From positions 3,392,001 through 3,456,000 of the forward strand of contig OZ252100.1 of the NCBI GenBank assembly GCA_965248435.1: a stretch of DNA of 64,000 nt, given 5' to 3'. The DNA comes from Candidatus Latescibacterota bacterium. Lineage in GTDB: Bacteria > Latescibacterota > UBA2968 > GCA-2709665. Below the pieces are notes generated by a model. It was not told the DNA's origin. It saw only the letters and a list, made by a program, of their open reading frames with translations, and did not search any database. Of the stretch, positions 27,779-38,397 are shown in pieces. Position 1 is the stretch's first letter; the number at the start of each line of letters is the position of its first letter. Made by a program: the position numbers and the translations under genes.

Positions 27779-28897
27779 CTAAACCGCATCCAGTACCGTC
27801 TCGAGTTCTTTTGCCAGGACCCGATATTCAAAGAGACGTTTCGCGACGCCTACCCGCTTGTCCGCTCCTTCAAACAGGCTTCTATCCTGAATCAGGGTTC
27901 TGAGTGTATCGGCCAGTCTTGGGGGATATGTATCGTCCTTCACGCCGTCGTATGGCAAGAGCTTTCCGATCCGTTCGTCCTTGAGGATCGTTGCTGCGGC
28001 TCCGACTTCCGTCGAGACGATGTAGCGGCCTAGCGCGAGGTATTCAGGTAGTTTCCCGGTCGTTCTTACCCATCCACACGGGTTGTTCGGTTGTGTCAGC
28101 AGACAGATGTCGATCAGACTCAAGTGGTCCGGAAGGCGCTCGTAGGGAACCCTCCCGAAAAACTTGAACCGATCACCAATCTCGAGTTGGTCCGCACGCC
28201 GTTTGAGCATGGGGAGACCGGTTCCGTCTCCGATCAAGAGACCTACCACTGGAAGGTCCCTCAGCAGGGAGATCGCCTCCACGAGTTCCCAACCGTTGCA
28301 CGCCTGGGTCTTCCTGTTCCAGTGGGTCGTCCCGACCAGACCTATCGTCGTAACATCCTGAAGTCCGAGGTGTTCCCTGAGTTCCGTTACTTCTCTGGGA
28401 TAGGAAAAAGCGGTATCCACCCCGTCGGGGATGTAGGAAACGTTTCGATAACTTTGTTTCTGCAGCAGCTTTTTGTGTAGAGTCCCACGTACGACGATCG
28501 CATCAGAAAGGAAGAGCGACAGATCTTCAGTAATTTTCTTTATCGCACGACGAAGGATGGAGTTTCCTTCCGCGACGGCCAGATCGTAGACCAGATCTCC
28601 CGTGTCGATGACAAAGCGAACTCTGAACAGGTATTTTGCCGCGACGCCTGCGAGCAGGTTGATCGGTCCGATGTCGATCACGTAGAGGAGGGCGATCCTG
28701 TTCCAAAGCAGTCGATGGATCAAAGACGAAAGGCCCAGCAGTCTTCGCCACGGGCCGGGGCGCACAGAAAGGCACTCTGCTTTCGCGAGGTATCGTGCGC
28801 TGACTCCATTGAGATGTCGCGCAAACCCTTGTGACCGGCTTGCCATCGGGTGCAACGCGTGAGATACAAGAAACAAGACTTTCCTGACTTGCGGCAA
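27779..28897 (-). CDS. Glycosyltransferase family 4
   Basis: IPDGVD, LIGDG, GRVPYE, KLPEYLALG..IVST.VG. Confidence 0.83.
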   Translation of the reverse strand: MPQVRKVLFLVSHALHPMASRSQGFARHLNGVSARYLAKAECLSVRPGPWRRLLGLSSLIHRLLWNRIALLYVIDIGPINLLAGVAAKYLFRVRFVIDTGDLVYDLAVAEGNSILRRAIKKITEDLSLFLSDAIVVRGTLHKKLLQKQSYRNVSYIPDGVDTAFSYPREVTELREHLGLQDVTTIGLVGTTHWNRKTQACNGWELVEAISLLRDLPVVGLLIGDGTGLPMLKRRADQLEIGDRFKFFGRVPYERLPDHLSLIDICLLTQPNNPCGWVRTTGKLPEYLALGRYIVSTEVGAAATILKDERIGKLLPYDGVKDDTYPPRLADTLRTLIQDRSLFEGADKRVGVAKRLFEYRVLAKELETVLDAV

Positions 28898-28935
28898 TCG
28901 TTTCTCCAGATTCCCAGGACGAGAGGCCGTTTAGA

Positions 28936-29994
28936 TCAGGCGAATCCGGCCGCAGCGTAGGCCTTGTCCAGCAGATGTCCCACGTGATCCCAGCGGAAAA
29001 CCCTCCGGGCGTAACGTTGTGCCTCTGGATGAATTTCGGCCTGAAAGGTTTCGAGGACGACCCTGCGGATGTCAGCGGGCGAGCGGGGATCGAAATAGGC
29101 TGCATACTCCCGGAAGTATTCTTCGGTCGTTCCACGACGGGTGATCGCCACTTTGGTCGCTGCCAGCAGGGCCTCCATGGCCACCATACAGGGGTACTCA
29201 AAATAGCTGGGAATCACAAGGGTATTCGCCGCAACGAGGGCCGAAGCCAGGATAGGGTCGGCTGGATCCAGAACCCCGATGAAAAGTGTGCCCTCCGGTG
29301 CCTCACGCCTGCATTGTTCATAATAGCCTTCCTGACCGTCGGCCGGTCCGCCGATGAAGACCATCGGCAGGCCGGTCTCTCCCAACGCACGGACCATTCC
29401 GAGCTGGTTCTTCTGCGCAGAGTCGAAACGTCCGACGCACAGAAGAAAGTTCGAGATCCCGAATTTCTGTTCGAACGGCTCCGCGCTTGAATGACCGAAT
29501 CGATCATCGACGCCGCACGGGACGATGTGCATCTTCTCCTCAGAACAACCAAACAGATTTATGAGGAGCTGTTTTTCTCCTTCGGAGTTCGGCAGGATCA
29601 GGTCCGCCATTTCGAGCATCTGCCGCGTCTGAACGGGGGGCAATTTCAGGTATGGGATTCGGCTAAGCAGCTTTCGATACAGGCGCTCGGTAAAAGGGTC
29701 TTCCGGGATCCAGTACATCGTGGTCACTGCCAGACGTTTATTGAACCTCTTTATCGTCTTGAACCATTCCCAATTGCTGTAATGAAATCCGAAATGATGG
29801 ATCAAGTCAAAGTCGGACAGATCCTGTTTCCACGGATCGAAGCGTTCGACATCGCGTCCGGAGTCGCGTAGGTATTCGTAGGACTTCGTCAGGGTCATCA
29901 GGCCGCCGCCGAATCCCAGAAGCATGGATGGATTTCCAAAAATCCCGATTTTCACGGATGCCTTTCCCGGTGATGACTTAGGAAGCTCGTTCAA
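28936..29994 (-). CDS. Glycosyltransferase family 4
   Basis: LPNSEGE, VPCGVD, VGRF...KNQ, PSYFEYPCMVAMEA, YFDP. Confidence 0.85.
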   Translation of the reverse strand: MNELPKSSPGKASVKIGIFGNPSMLLGFGGGLMTLTKSYEYLRDSGRDVERFDPWKQDLSDFDLIHHFGFHYSNWEWFKTIKRFNKRLAVTTMYWIPEDPFTERLYRKLLSRIPYLKLPPVQTRQMLEMADLILPNSEGEKQLLINLFGCSEEKMHIVPCGVDDRFGHSSAEPFEQKFGISNFLLCVGRFDSAQKNQLGMVRALGETGLPMVFIGGPADGQEGYYEQCRREAPEGTLFIGVLDPADPILASALVAANTLVIPSYFEYPCMVAMEALLAATKVAITRRGTTEEYFREYAAYFDPRSPADIRRVVLETFQAEIHPEAQRYARRVFRWDHVGHLLDKAYAAAGFA

Positions 29995-30041
29995 CCGCTC
30001 TTCAAAGGTCCTTCAACTGGTAATCGATCGTGACCCACCCC

Positions 30042-30078
30042 GTCCCGGCTTTGCCGGGACACCCCTCCCTTGGAGGGG
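30042..30078. repeat. REP-like double hairpin
   Basis: GTCCCGGC-TTT-GCCGGGAC A CCCCTCC-CTT-GGAGGGG between co-directional genes. Confidence 0.65.
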
Positions 30079-30200
30079 ATTTGGTGACGAGATAAACTTC
30101 ACAAGATGCAGGATACGGATTTACACACCGCAGCCCAGATGGCATTCAGCGGCGCAATAGAGGTCATTACCTTAGCCTCAACATTCGGCGAAGAACTTTT

Positions 30201-31670
30201 TCATACAGGGTCGGTCCCCGCCCTCAAGGCGGTCCAGACCGTTCGCAACTCTTCCACGAGCGTACGACGTTCGATCGAAAAGAGGGCGGCCGCATAGGCC
30301 AGGGAAAAGATGAGACCTCCCGCGATCACTTCGATCAGGTCAGGGAGGTGTGCAATGGGTTCAGCGACGGCCAGACGGACACCCAGACCCACGCACGCCG
30401 CTATGAGCGGGGGCACGAAGGTGGGTGCCAGAGGCAAGTCCACATATTTTCGAGTGTAACGCAGGGCCAACGCGAGGCCGATCAGGGCCATCACGTCCAT
30501 GCTGATCGCGGTGCCCTCGACGCCTAGTCTGGACGTGAGAATCGGGGCAACGATCAAAAGGAGGCCAGCCTGTACGGAGGCAAACCCGGCGATGCTCTTG
30601 GACGCACCTACTGCCAGGAACAGCGTATGGATGTCATCCAAGAGCGGCCTGCAGAGGGAATATAAGATCAGGTACCGGAGGACAGGGACCATCGGCAGCC
30701 AGTTTTCTCCCAGGAGAATTCGGGTCAGGGCCGGGGCTTCCAGGACAAGAACGAGCGAAATTGCGATCGTGGATCTCAGGACGAGCCTCAGGGCGCGGCG
30801 AAACGCAGCAGAAAGCCGCTTCCTGTCATCTTGATACCGTGCATAGACGGCGCCTGTCACACTCAGGATGGTGTGGGTGACGGCTCCACTCGGGATTTGC
30901 GAAAAGGTATGCGCCCGTGCGTAGAATCCAAGAACTGCCGTCCCGAGCACCGTGCCCACGATGAATTTATCAACCTGCAGGATCAGGACCTGCAAAACCC
31001 CCCCGATCCAAAACCATAATCCATATCCGATCAGCTTCCGTGCTCCTTCCGCATCGAACTCACGGAGTCGACGCAACGGCAGCGGGCGAAAGCGCCAAAC
31101 GACACTACAGTAAACCACAACGTAGCCGATGCTGTTGGCCCAGTATCCGAACATAAGTGACCAGATCCCGCCACCCAGATAGGCCACGGCCGCGGCCACG
31201 ACTGCAGCTGTGACTGTTCCCATGGCGTGCGAAAGGGCCAGGGGGCCGAATTCGAGGTCCCGTCTCAGCTGCGTCTCAGAAGTCACAGCTGCCGTTCTGA
31301 AGAGGTCGAAGACGGCAAAGATGACCAGGGCAGTCGCCGTTGTCCCGCTGTAGGTGAAGAAGGCGAGCCCCACGGCCGCAAACGCACTTAATGAGCCCAG
31401 CCCCATGTTGAGAACGAGATGGGTCGGGGCGAGTTCGTCGACGCGATCGTGTTCGTGGAGCAACGCAAAATGGAGGCCGAGGCTTCGCAGGGAAACGAGA
31501 ATGGCGAAGACGGCCAGGGAGAGATCAACCTGACCAAACTCCTCCTCAGTCAGCGTGCGCGCGAGTAGAAAAAAGGCCGCCAGGTTGGTCAACCGGCCGA
31601 CGTAGGCGCCGCTCATGGTTTGAAAAGCGCCTCTGACGATCGGGCGGACTGGGACCGGCTCTTCACCCAT
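30201..31670 (-). CDS. Wzx/MOP-family polysaccharide flippase
   Basis: LARTL..EEFG, multiple TMs, Q.DKFIVG..LG...LGFY..A, LLGENW; ATG 31670 overlaps the upstream stop. Confidence 0.88.
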   Translation of the reverse strand: MGEEPVPVRPIVRGAFQTMSGAYVGRLTNLAAFFLLARTLTEEEFGQVDLSLAVFAILVSLRSLGLHFALLHEHDRVDELAPTHLVLNMGLGSLSAFAAVGLAFFTYSGTTATALVIFAVFDLFRTAAVTSETQLRRDLEFGPLALSHAMGTVTAAVVAAAVAYLGGGIWSLMFGYWANSIGYVVVYCSVVWRFRPLPLRRLREFDAEGARKLIGYGLWFWIGGVLQVLILQVDKFIVGTVLGTAVLGFYARAHTFSQIPSGAVTHTILSVTGAVYARYQDDRKRLSAAFRRALRLVLRSTIAISLVLVLEAPALTRILLGENWLPMVPVLRYLILYSLCRPLLDDIHTLFLAVGASKSIAGFASVQAGLLLIVAPILTSRLGVEGTAISMDVMALIGLALALRYTRKYVDLPLAPTFVPPLIAACVGLGVRLAVAEPIAHLPDLIEVIAGGLIFSLAYAAALFSIERRTLVEELRTVWTALRAGTDPV

Positions 31671-34038
31671 ACTTGACATCCCGCCGGCCCCACCACATCC
31701 AGGCGAACGCGCCGGCCAGTAGCAACAGCGTTGAGGAGAGGGTAATCCACGCAGAAACGGCGGCGACGGGGTCGTGATATCGAAGTTCCACACGGTGGTT
31801 TCCCGCGGGTAGGGAAACGGCCTTCCACAGATAGTTGGCCCGGACCAACCGGGTTTCAATTCCATTTACAAACGCGCGCCAATTGGGATGGTAATTTTCG
31901 GAAATAACCAGCACTCTGGGGCCGGGGGTCTCAACCTGGAGATCGATAAGACCTCGGCGGGAGTCGTAATCCGTGCGCCGGATCTGTGCTTCTCCTGTCT
32001 TGTCGTTCACGAAGGGTATGGGAGGATCTTCCTCCAACACGACGACCCGAGCAGGATCGTGTTTCGGGTCTCTGAGGCGTTCGAGGATACGGTCCTCGTC
32101 CGTTTCAACCAGGTAGTCGGTTGCGAGATAGAACCAGGGCAGGGCCTTCGGGTTTTTGTAGATGTAGAGTCCGTCGGCCTGCCCCACTTCCGGAATATTG
32201 GGCAGAGAAAGGCGTTTCTTCGAGATGATGTATTTCGTGTTCAAGAGGTTCAGGATAGGGATGTGATTGAGGTCGCCTGACTTCATGATGTGGTCGTAAC
32301 GGCGGATGGCAAAGTCGTTGAACCCGGTCACGAGGTCGATCCCTTTCAGGGGGACCTGCCGTCTGTTGGGGAGGGGGAGGACCCGGAAGAGGTCCTTGTC
32401 CTGCCTAAGGAATTGAAGGACGTTGGGATTGACGCGATCCGCAGGGAGGACACGACTCGGGTTCGCGTAGTTCAGGAACTGTTTGTCGATCCGCCAGGTA
32501 TCGAGAATCAGGATGCCAAGCAGACAGACAACAAAGGCCGAGATTTGCATCCGCCCTTTGATGCGCAGGAAAACAAGAAAGGTCAGGAGGGCGACCCAGA
32601 GGGCTGCCATCAGGGCGCCGTTCTGTATATCGGGCAGACTGGCGAGGGCGATCTGGAGGCGTTGATCGGGCATATCGTGCCAGACCGTTCCACGCCACAG
32701 GCTGAGCAGGGTTTGCGGGTTGACCGCGATGAGAGTCAAAATCAGAGCGACGAGTCCCCCTCCAACACACAGCCTTCTCAGAAACTCGCCGCTGATTTGA
32801 GGTTTTGGTTGGAGGAGTCTGTTCAGCCCGAAGGCAGCGAGGGCACAGAGTGCGAATGAGAACAAGAAAGCCATCAGCCCAGGTACGCGAAGCACCTTCA
32901 TCCCTGGAACATAGCTGTAACAGAGCTTGTGGACGGGGGTGTGCGGACCCAGCGTAAATGAGACGGCCAACAGGAAAAGGAAGAGAAGGAATGGGATTCT
33001 GGGATCGTTTCGGAACTGGCCGAGGGACAATACGGCAAAAAAGAGGGCAACGATTCCGACGTACTCGGAGTTGAACTTGATTGCGTTGCGACCCCAGTAG
33101 CGGTGACTTCGAACGTCGAAACCGCCAAACTCCGGGATGATGAAGGCAGCCATTTCCTCGGGGTGTAAGGACCAGGACACGGCGTAATCGTATCCTCCGC
33201 CCTGTTGCTCCTTTCCGGCGCGTTTGGAAACGGTGCTCGTGTTCCAGAACTGTGGAACGAGGCCATCGGCGCCGATCGCGAGGCCCACGCAGACGGCGCC
33301 CGCCGCCAAGAGGGCGCGCCGAAGGGCGTTGATACGATCCCTTTCACGACGGTAGAATCGGACGAGTTTGAACATGAAGAGGAGGCCGAGCGCCCAGAGG
33401 GAGAAGTAGACGATTTGGAGGTGCGGTGTATAGATGCCGATCCCGAGCGCGGCGGAAAAGATGCCGAAGTAGATGACTCGCCCGGTCTCCATTCCACGGT
33501 CGAGTGACCAGTAGAGGAGCGGGAACAGGCAGATGGCCGACATCTTCGCAAACTGTCCGGCGTGAGTGAAGGTGAGGAACGCGGGTGCGCACGCAAAAGC
33601 AGTTCCGGTGACCAGGGCGGCGATGGGGTGCAGGCCAAATCCCCTGGCGCACAGAAAAAAGAAATAGCCCGCGCAGAACGTAGCGATGATGTATCGCCAC
33701 AGGAAGTAGCGGTGTTCGCTCGTAAACAGGGAGATGAACGTAAGGGGATGATACTGGGCTCGGAGACCGCTGGATTCCGGCGTTCCTCCCATGTAGCGAC
33801 TCCAGTTGGCCGGCGGCAAAGATTCGAGCTTTTCCAGGAAGGGTTCTTTGCCTTTGTGGAATTCCACACCGGAGTCCGAGCCGAGGATCACGTCGTTCGT
33901 AAACACACCTCCCGCGAAATAGATGATGCTGAGGAGGGCGAAGAAGAGGACGGGCACCCACGGAGAATCGAAGAGCGCGCTGTGCCGCTTTGGGGTCTGG
34001 CGGCGTTCGGACGGCCCATCCCTGCGCCTTGCCTTCAT
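31663..34038 (-). CDS. YfhO-family (GT-C fold) integral membrane protein
   Basis: Many TMs, W..Y.GGTP, SWSLHPEE, YVG, ILNLLNTKY, SENYHPNWRAFVNG..ANY...AV.LPAG.H.VEL.Y. Confidence 0.82.
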   Translation of the reverse strand: MKARRRDGPSERRQTPKRHSALFDSPWVPVLFFALLSIIYFAGGVFTNDVILGSDSGVEFHKGKEPFLEKLESLPPANWSRYMGGTPESSGLRAQYHPLTFISLFTSEHRYFLWRYIIATFCAGYFFFLCARGFGLHPIAALVTGTAFACAPAFLTFTHAGQFAKMSAICLFPLLYWSLDRGMETGRVIYFGIFSAALGIGIYTPHLQIVYFSLWALGLLFMFKLVRFYRRERDRINALRRALLAAGAVCVGLAIGADGLVPQFWNTSTVSKRAGKEQQGGGYDYAVSWSLHPEEMAAFIIPEFGGFDVRSHRYWGRNAIKFNSEYVGIVALFFAVLSLGQFRNDPRIPFLLFLFLLAVSFTLGPHTPVHKLCYSYVPGMKVLRVPGLMAFLFSFALCALAAFGLNRLLQPKPQISGEFLRRLCVGGGLVALILTLIAVNPQTLLSLWRGTVWHDMPDQRLQIALASLPDIQNGALMAALWVALLTFLVFLRIKGRMQISAFVVCLLGILILDTWRIDKQFLNYANPSRVLPADRVNPNVLQFLRQDKDLFRVLPLPNRRQVPLKGIDLVTGFNDFAIRRYDHIMKSGDLNHIPILNLLNTKYIISKKRLSLPNIPEVGQADGLYIYKNPKALPWFYLATDYLVETDEDRILERLRDPKHDPARVVVLEEDPPIPFVNDKTGEAQIRRTDYDSRRGLIDLQVETPGPRVLVISENYHPNWRAFVNGIETRLVRANYLWKAVSLPAGNHRVELRYHDPVAAVSAWITLSSTLLLLAGAFAWMWWGRRDVKYG

Positions 34039-34060
34039 GGGTCGACCCGACGTCGATGCT

Positions 34061-34657
34061 TCATTTGATCGCCTGCAAGCGGAACAAGATATCCCGAGCT
34101 GGGATCACGAAGGTGAAGAAGGCTTCATACAGTTCCGGATAGAGGTTCACGGCCGACTCGACACCAAGTTTCCGCAACAGGGGGTTGAGGGTGATTCGAA
34201 GATCGGTCACCTGGAACTTCTGGGCGACCGGTAGACCGTATTTGATTTCGTCGATCCTGTAGAAGCATTCCAGGAGACGTCGCATCCTCGGCTTCTTCCT
34301 GGACGGTCTGGCCAGGAAGTGGAAAGTACGGATGCTGAGATGGTGCCGATGGGTTGGGTCGGCGTAGGAACTCGCAGAGGAGAAGTGGGGCGTCGCTCCC
34401 TCTACAGCGGCGCCCGGCGTGGCGATTCTCCAGATCTCTTCCATGGCATCCGGGATGTCGGTGATATGCTCGATCACGTGGGTAAGGACGATCAGATCGA
34501 ATGCGCCGTCCCTGAACGGATAGTAGCGTCGGTTCAGATCGGCGATCACGTCTGCTGCAGATCCGCGCGTGAGGTCTGCGCCGATGGCCCCTTTCCGTTT
34601 GCTGGATCCGCATCCCAGGTCGAGAATTCGCACGGCGTTTGCTCTATCCTTCTGCAA
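34061..34657 (-). CDS. SAM-dependent methyltransferase (type 11-like)
   Basis: LDLGCG, YPF.DG.FD, HVIEH, E.WRI..PG, DPTH. Confidence 0.85.
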   Translation of the reverse strand: MQKDRANAVRILDLGCGSSKRKGAIGADLTRGSAADVIADLNRRYYPFRDGAFDLIVLTHVIEHITDIPDAMEEIWRIATPGAAVEGATPHFSSASSYADPTHRHHLSIRTFHFLARPSRKKPRMRRLLECFYRIDEIKYGLPVAQKFQVTDLRITLNPLLRKLGVESAVNLYPELYEAFFTFVIPARDILFRLQAIK

Positions 34658-36260
34658 GGTTCGAGGACCGAGACCATTTGATCAGGGCTCGGGCAGTGAG
34701 GACCGATCCGAGGAAAAGCGCCGCAACCGCAGTGTAGACGACGACTGTGGCAAGGTTTCCAAGGAAGCCCGTGTGCAGGGCATTGACCCACCATACGTCG
34801 ATCAGATCGTAGGTGCTCATGGAGACCAGCACACCCTCCGATCCGGACGAGGGGATGGGATAGTTCAGGGAGTGTCCACCCGTCAGTCTGGAGACGGCAG
34901 AGATGAGCTGGAAGAAGGTGCCTGCGATGGGAGAGAGTCCCGGGGAAAAGACCAGGTCTGTAAAATGCCTTGGGTCGTAGGTGAAGTGTCCGATCCGGTT
35001 TTCGATCACAAAACGGGTGAAGAAGTGAACGTTCATGAGGGTTGCGGGGAGCTGAATCAATCCCCCGATGACGGCAAGTGTTTTGATGACGGCTTCCCTC
35101 GCTCCCCCGTTCTCGATCAGGCCGCCCAAGGGGAGAACGAGGAACGGCAGTATGGGCACCAAATACCGTGGACCCCACGAACCCCCGTGCCACGCTCGGA
35201 AGCAGGCGAAAAAGATCAAGTGAACTGCGATGAGCGCCGTGAAGAGCATCGCTTCTTCCCTGTGAGCTTTGCCGAACCGTAGTATCGCGATCGGAACGAA
35301 GAAAGCGGCCGGGAGGAAAAGGAGCAGTCCTCGACCCGCACTGAACAGCAAGCCGTAGACCGCGGTCACGATGTTAAACGGTGAGAAACTGAAGTAGCCC
35401 CCCTCCGCACCCGTCCAGAATTCGGATGCCACATCGTCCAGGTGATAGCCAGTTTTCAGGATGCTTCCATAACGCACCCAGTTGTGCCAGGCGATGAGCA
35501 GCCCGAACAGGATCAATGGGATGAGCAGGGCCGCCCAGGCCCTGAGCTGCCGGCCGCGCGTCAAAGATTTCGTGCAAGACCAGAGGTAGACGGCAAGACA
35601 GGGCAGGACGATCACGATGTAGAGTTTGGTCGCCGCTGACAGGCCCAACAAAGCCCCGGACCACGCCAAGCAGGACTGGGCTCCGGACTGGCGATACTGG
35701 TGAAGGGCCGTGACCGTGCCCAGCAGGGTGAGGCCAATCAGGGGTTCAGAGAAGCCGTATCCGGCATAGGGGAATACCATGGACCCCACGCCGAAGACCC
35801 CCGTTATCCAGATGAGTGTGGGCCGCCCGAAGGAGAGCTGACGCGCCAATTTGAAGAAGACGATGCACCAGAGTGCGCAGACCGCGACGTTCGTGATCGA
35901 GGTCGTGAACATCGTGACATAGTCTCGAGGAACGCCTGGAACGAGTCGGGCGATCAGACGACCTACGGCATAGAATGGAACTTCGACCAGGGCTTGTCCG
36001 AGGCCATACTTCGAATAGCTTCTTCCACTCCCGGCAATCACCCCGCCTCCCTGATCGTGGGTGTACTGGTTGTACATCTCTTCAATCAGGAATGGGCGGT
36101 CGCCGATGATCAGGTCGCCATCAAGGACGATACTTTCAGCGGTCAGGTAGTTCCAGAAGCCGTCCCCACCGTAGTGGCCGCCGGCGGTGAGGAGGTAGAT
36201 GGAAAAGAAAAACGCCCCTATGCCTAAAGGGACGGATCGCCGCTCACCCGTGTGCAACAT
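34644..36260 (-). CDS. Polytopic membrane protein, probable GT-C (ArnT/PMT-like) glycosyltransferase
   Basis: YGGDG first loop, SKYG.GQ, FSEP, G.LFS.GRG, W.GG.WGPRYL.P. Confidence 0.7.
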   Translation of the reverse strand: MLHTGERRSVPLGIGAFFFSIYLLTAGGHYGGDGFWNYLTAESIVLDGDLIIGDRPFLIEEMYNQYTHDQGGGVIAGSGRSYSKYGLGQALVEVPFYAVGRLIARLVPGVPRDYVTMFTTSITNVAVCALWCIVFFKLARQLSFGRPTLIWITGVFGVGSMVFPYAGYGFSEPLIGLTLLGTVTALHQYRQSGAQSCLAWSGALLGLSAATKLYIVIVLPCLAVYLWSCTKSLTRGRQLRAWAALLIPLILFGLLIAWHNWVRYGSILKTGYHLDDVASEFWTGAEGGYFSFSPFNIVTAVYGLLFSAGRGLLLFLPAAFFVPIAILRFGKAHREEAMLFTALIAVHLIFFACFRAWHGGSWGPRYLVPILPFLVLPLGGLIENGGAREAVIKTLAVIGGLIQLPATLMNVHFFTRFVIENRIGHFTYDPRHFTDLVFSPGLSPIAGTFFQLISAVSRLTGGHSLNYPIPSSGSEGVLVSMSTYDLIDVWWVNALHTGFLGNLATVVVYTAVAALFLGSVLTARALIKWSRSSNLAEG

Positions 36261-37377
36261 CCCGTTTCCTCAATTCTGAAAGGACCTCTTCGTAAACGCT
36301 CTCCTGGTCTCGGGCGATTCGATCCCAGGAAAAGCGCTTTGCCCAGAGTTTGCCGGACCGGCCTAGCCGCCGGCGATATTCCGAGTCCTCTGTCAGCTGA
36401 CGCATGGCTTCCTGGAGGGCATCCGTGTCTTCGGGGGGCACCAAGATTCCTGTCTTGCCGTGCACGACGGCATCGGTCAGCCCCGGGATGCGGGTTCCGA
36501 TTACGGCCTTCCCGGCCGCAGCCGCCTCGACGGCCGTGATGCCCCATCCCTCATACCGGGAGGGCATGCACGTAAACAACGCACCGCCTAGGAGTTCCCG
36601 TTTCGTTTCCTCGGAGACCGTACCGCGTATCTCGACGTGTTCGGTGATCTCGAGGGCATCACACAGGGATGTCAACTGTCGTAGCCGCTTCGGGGTGGCC
36701 CGACCGGCCAGCACGAGGCGCACATCCGGGTAATCTGCACGGAAACGGGTGAAGGCCTTTAGAAGGAGGTCGATGCCCTTGACATACACGTCGAAGCGGC
36801 CGACGTAGAAGATGTAGTCCTGCTCTGAAACCGGGACGTCGAAACAGGCGTTATCGACACCTGTATAGACCAGGTGAAGGCCCTGCGTACCCCGCGCTCG
36901 CGAGATCTGTTTCGCCACGCTCGGGGAGATCGTCACGAGATGGTCGAAGGATCTGAGGGTGTATTCTTCCGCGATTCTTGCTGGAAGACCGAGAAGGGGG
37001 AACTTCCTGACTGCGTGACCCGCGATCCGGTGAAAAAACTCCAGGACGCATCTTCGTCGGAGGCCCGCAGACGCGAGAATGGGGGAGAATGCAGAGAAGT
37101 TGTAGACCCAGAGGTCGAAGGTTTCCCGGGCCAGAAGGGATGACGCGAGAGCCGAGAAACTCAGCCGGCTGAGGAGATAAGATCGGTCGGTGCCCACGCG
37201 ACGGATTCTGACCCCGTGGCGGATCTCCTGGGCGGCCGCGCCTGGATAGGCACCGGAAAGAAGGGTAATGTCGTGCCGCTGGGCCAGGCGGCGACTGATT
37301 TCGAGGGCCCTTACCGCGCCTCCGCCTCCGCACCAGGGGTTCTGCACATCGTCGTATATGGCGTGTAGAATCCTCAC
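36244..37377 (-). CDS. Glycosyltransferase family 4
   Basis: GGG, YVGR....KGID, PSRYEGWGITAVEA. Confidence 0.9.
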   Translation of the reverse strand: MRILHAIYDDVQNPWCGGGGAVRALEISRRLAQRHDITLLSGAYPGAAAQEIRHGVRIRRVGTDRSYLLSRLSFSALASSLLARETFDLWVYNFSAFSPILASAGLRRRCVLEFFHRIAGHAVRKFPLLGLPARIAEEYTLRSFDHLVTISPSVAKQISRARGTQGLHLVYTGVDNACFDVPVSEQDYIFYVGRFDVYVKGIDLLLKAFTRFRADYPDVRLVLAGRATPKRLRQLTSLCDALEITEHVEIRGTVSEETKRELLGGALFTCMPSRYEGWGITAVEAAAAGKAVIGTRIPGLTDAVVHGKTGILVPPEDTDALQEAMRQLTEDSEYRRRLGRSGKLWAKRFSWDRIARDQESVYEEVLSELRKRDVAHG

Positions 37378-38390
37378 GCATTCAGACCATCGGCGGCCTG
37401 CAGCAGCTCCTGTTTGGAGATGGCCGCGACACCGATTTTTCGGACGACAACGCCGCCTGCAAGGTTGCCAACACAGGCTGCTTCCGCGTGCGTCGCCCCG
37501 GATACGAGCGCCGTTGTATAGACCGCGGCGGTCGTGTCTCCAGCGCCGGAGACGTCGTAGACGTCGCGTGCTGTCGCCTCGAGGTGTGCGACCTGCCCGC
37601 CCTTTTCAAACAGGCTGACGCCCTTTTCACTCCGGGTCATAAAGACCGCCTGGAGCTCGAACCGTTTGACGAGTTCGTGTCCAGTGGCGACGACGATGGC
37701 CTCGTCGTCGCCGTCCAGGTTGAGCGCCCCGAGGGCCTCGGCCTGATTGGGAGAGATGGCCGTCACGCCGTGATACTTGTCAAAATTTCTACCTTTTGGA
37801 TCGACGACCGTCGGTCGGTTCAGTCGGCGAAACAACGCTCTGACCGCATCCATCATTCCCTGCGTCACGACCCCTTTGGCGTAGTCTGACACGAAGACGG
37901 CGTCGATGTCCTCGACGTTCGAAATGTTCTCGATCAAGCGCCGCTCGACGGCTCCGGAAACTTCATCGCACACCTCCCGGTCCGCCCGGACGATATGCTG
38001 TCCCCTCCCTCTTTCCCCACCGTGCTCCAGAATTCTACGGGCGATGATGCGGGTCTTGGACGTTGTCGGCCGGGCCGGATCGGTGACGACGCCGCTCAGG
38101 TCGACCCTTTCAGCGGCCAGGAGATCCTCGAGTTTCTTTCCATCTCCATCTTCGCCGACGACGCCGACCGCGGCGATCTCCGCGCCGAGTTCGTGCAGGT
38201 TGTGGATGACGTTGGCTGCCCCTCCCGGTCGAAAAGTTTCCGACTCGATCTCGACCACAGGGACCGGCGCTTCGGGTGAAATTCGATCTGCGCGACCCCA
38301 TAGATAGTGGTCGAGCATCAGGTCGCCGATCACCAGGATGCGTTTGCCTGAGGCCAGTGAGAGGATCTCGCTAAGGCGTGACCGATCCAA
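37374..38390 (-). CDS. rfaE1: D-glycero-beta-D-manno-heptose-7-phosphate kinase (RfaE domain I / HldA)
   Basis: LVIGDLMLDHYLWG...RISPEAPVPVV, GGAANV, SDYAKGV, VDPK, DVSGAGDT; TTG start at 38390. Confidence 0.92.
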   Translation of the reverse strand: MDRSRLSEILSLASGKRILVIGDLMLDHYLWGRADRISPEAPVPVVEIESETFRPGGAANVIHNLHELGAEIAAVGVVGEDGDGKKLEDLLAAERVDLSGVVTDPARPTTSKTRIIARRILEHGGERGRGQHIVRADREVCDEVSGAVERRLIENISNVEDIDAVFVSDYAKGVVTQGMMDAVRALFRRLNRPTVVDPKGRNFDKYHGVTAISPNQAEALGALNLDGDDEAIVVATGHELVKRFELQAVFMTRSEKGVSLFEKGGQVAHLEATARDVYDVSGAGDTTAAVYTTALVSGATHAEAACVGNLAGGVVVRKIGVAAISKQELLQAADGLNA

Positions 38391-38397
38391 GCGCCTG

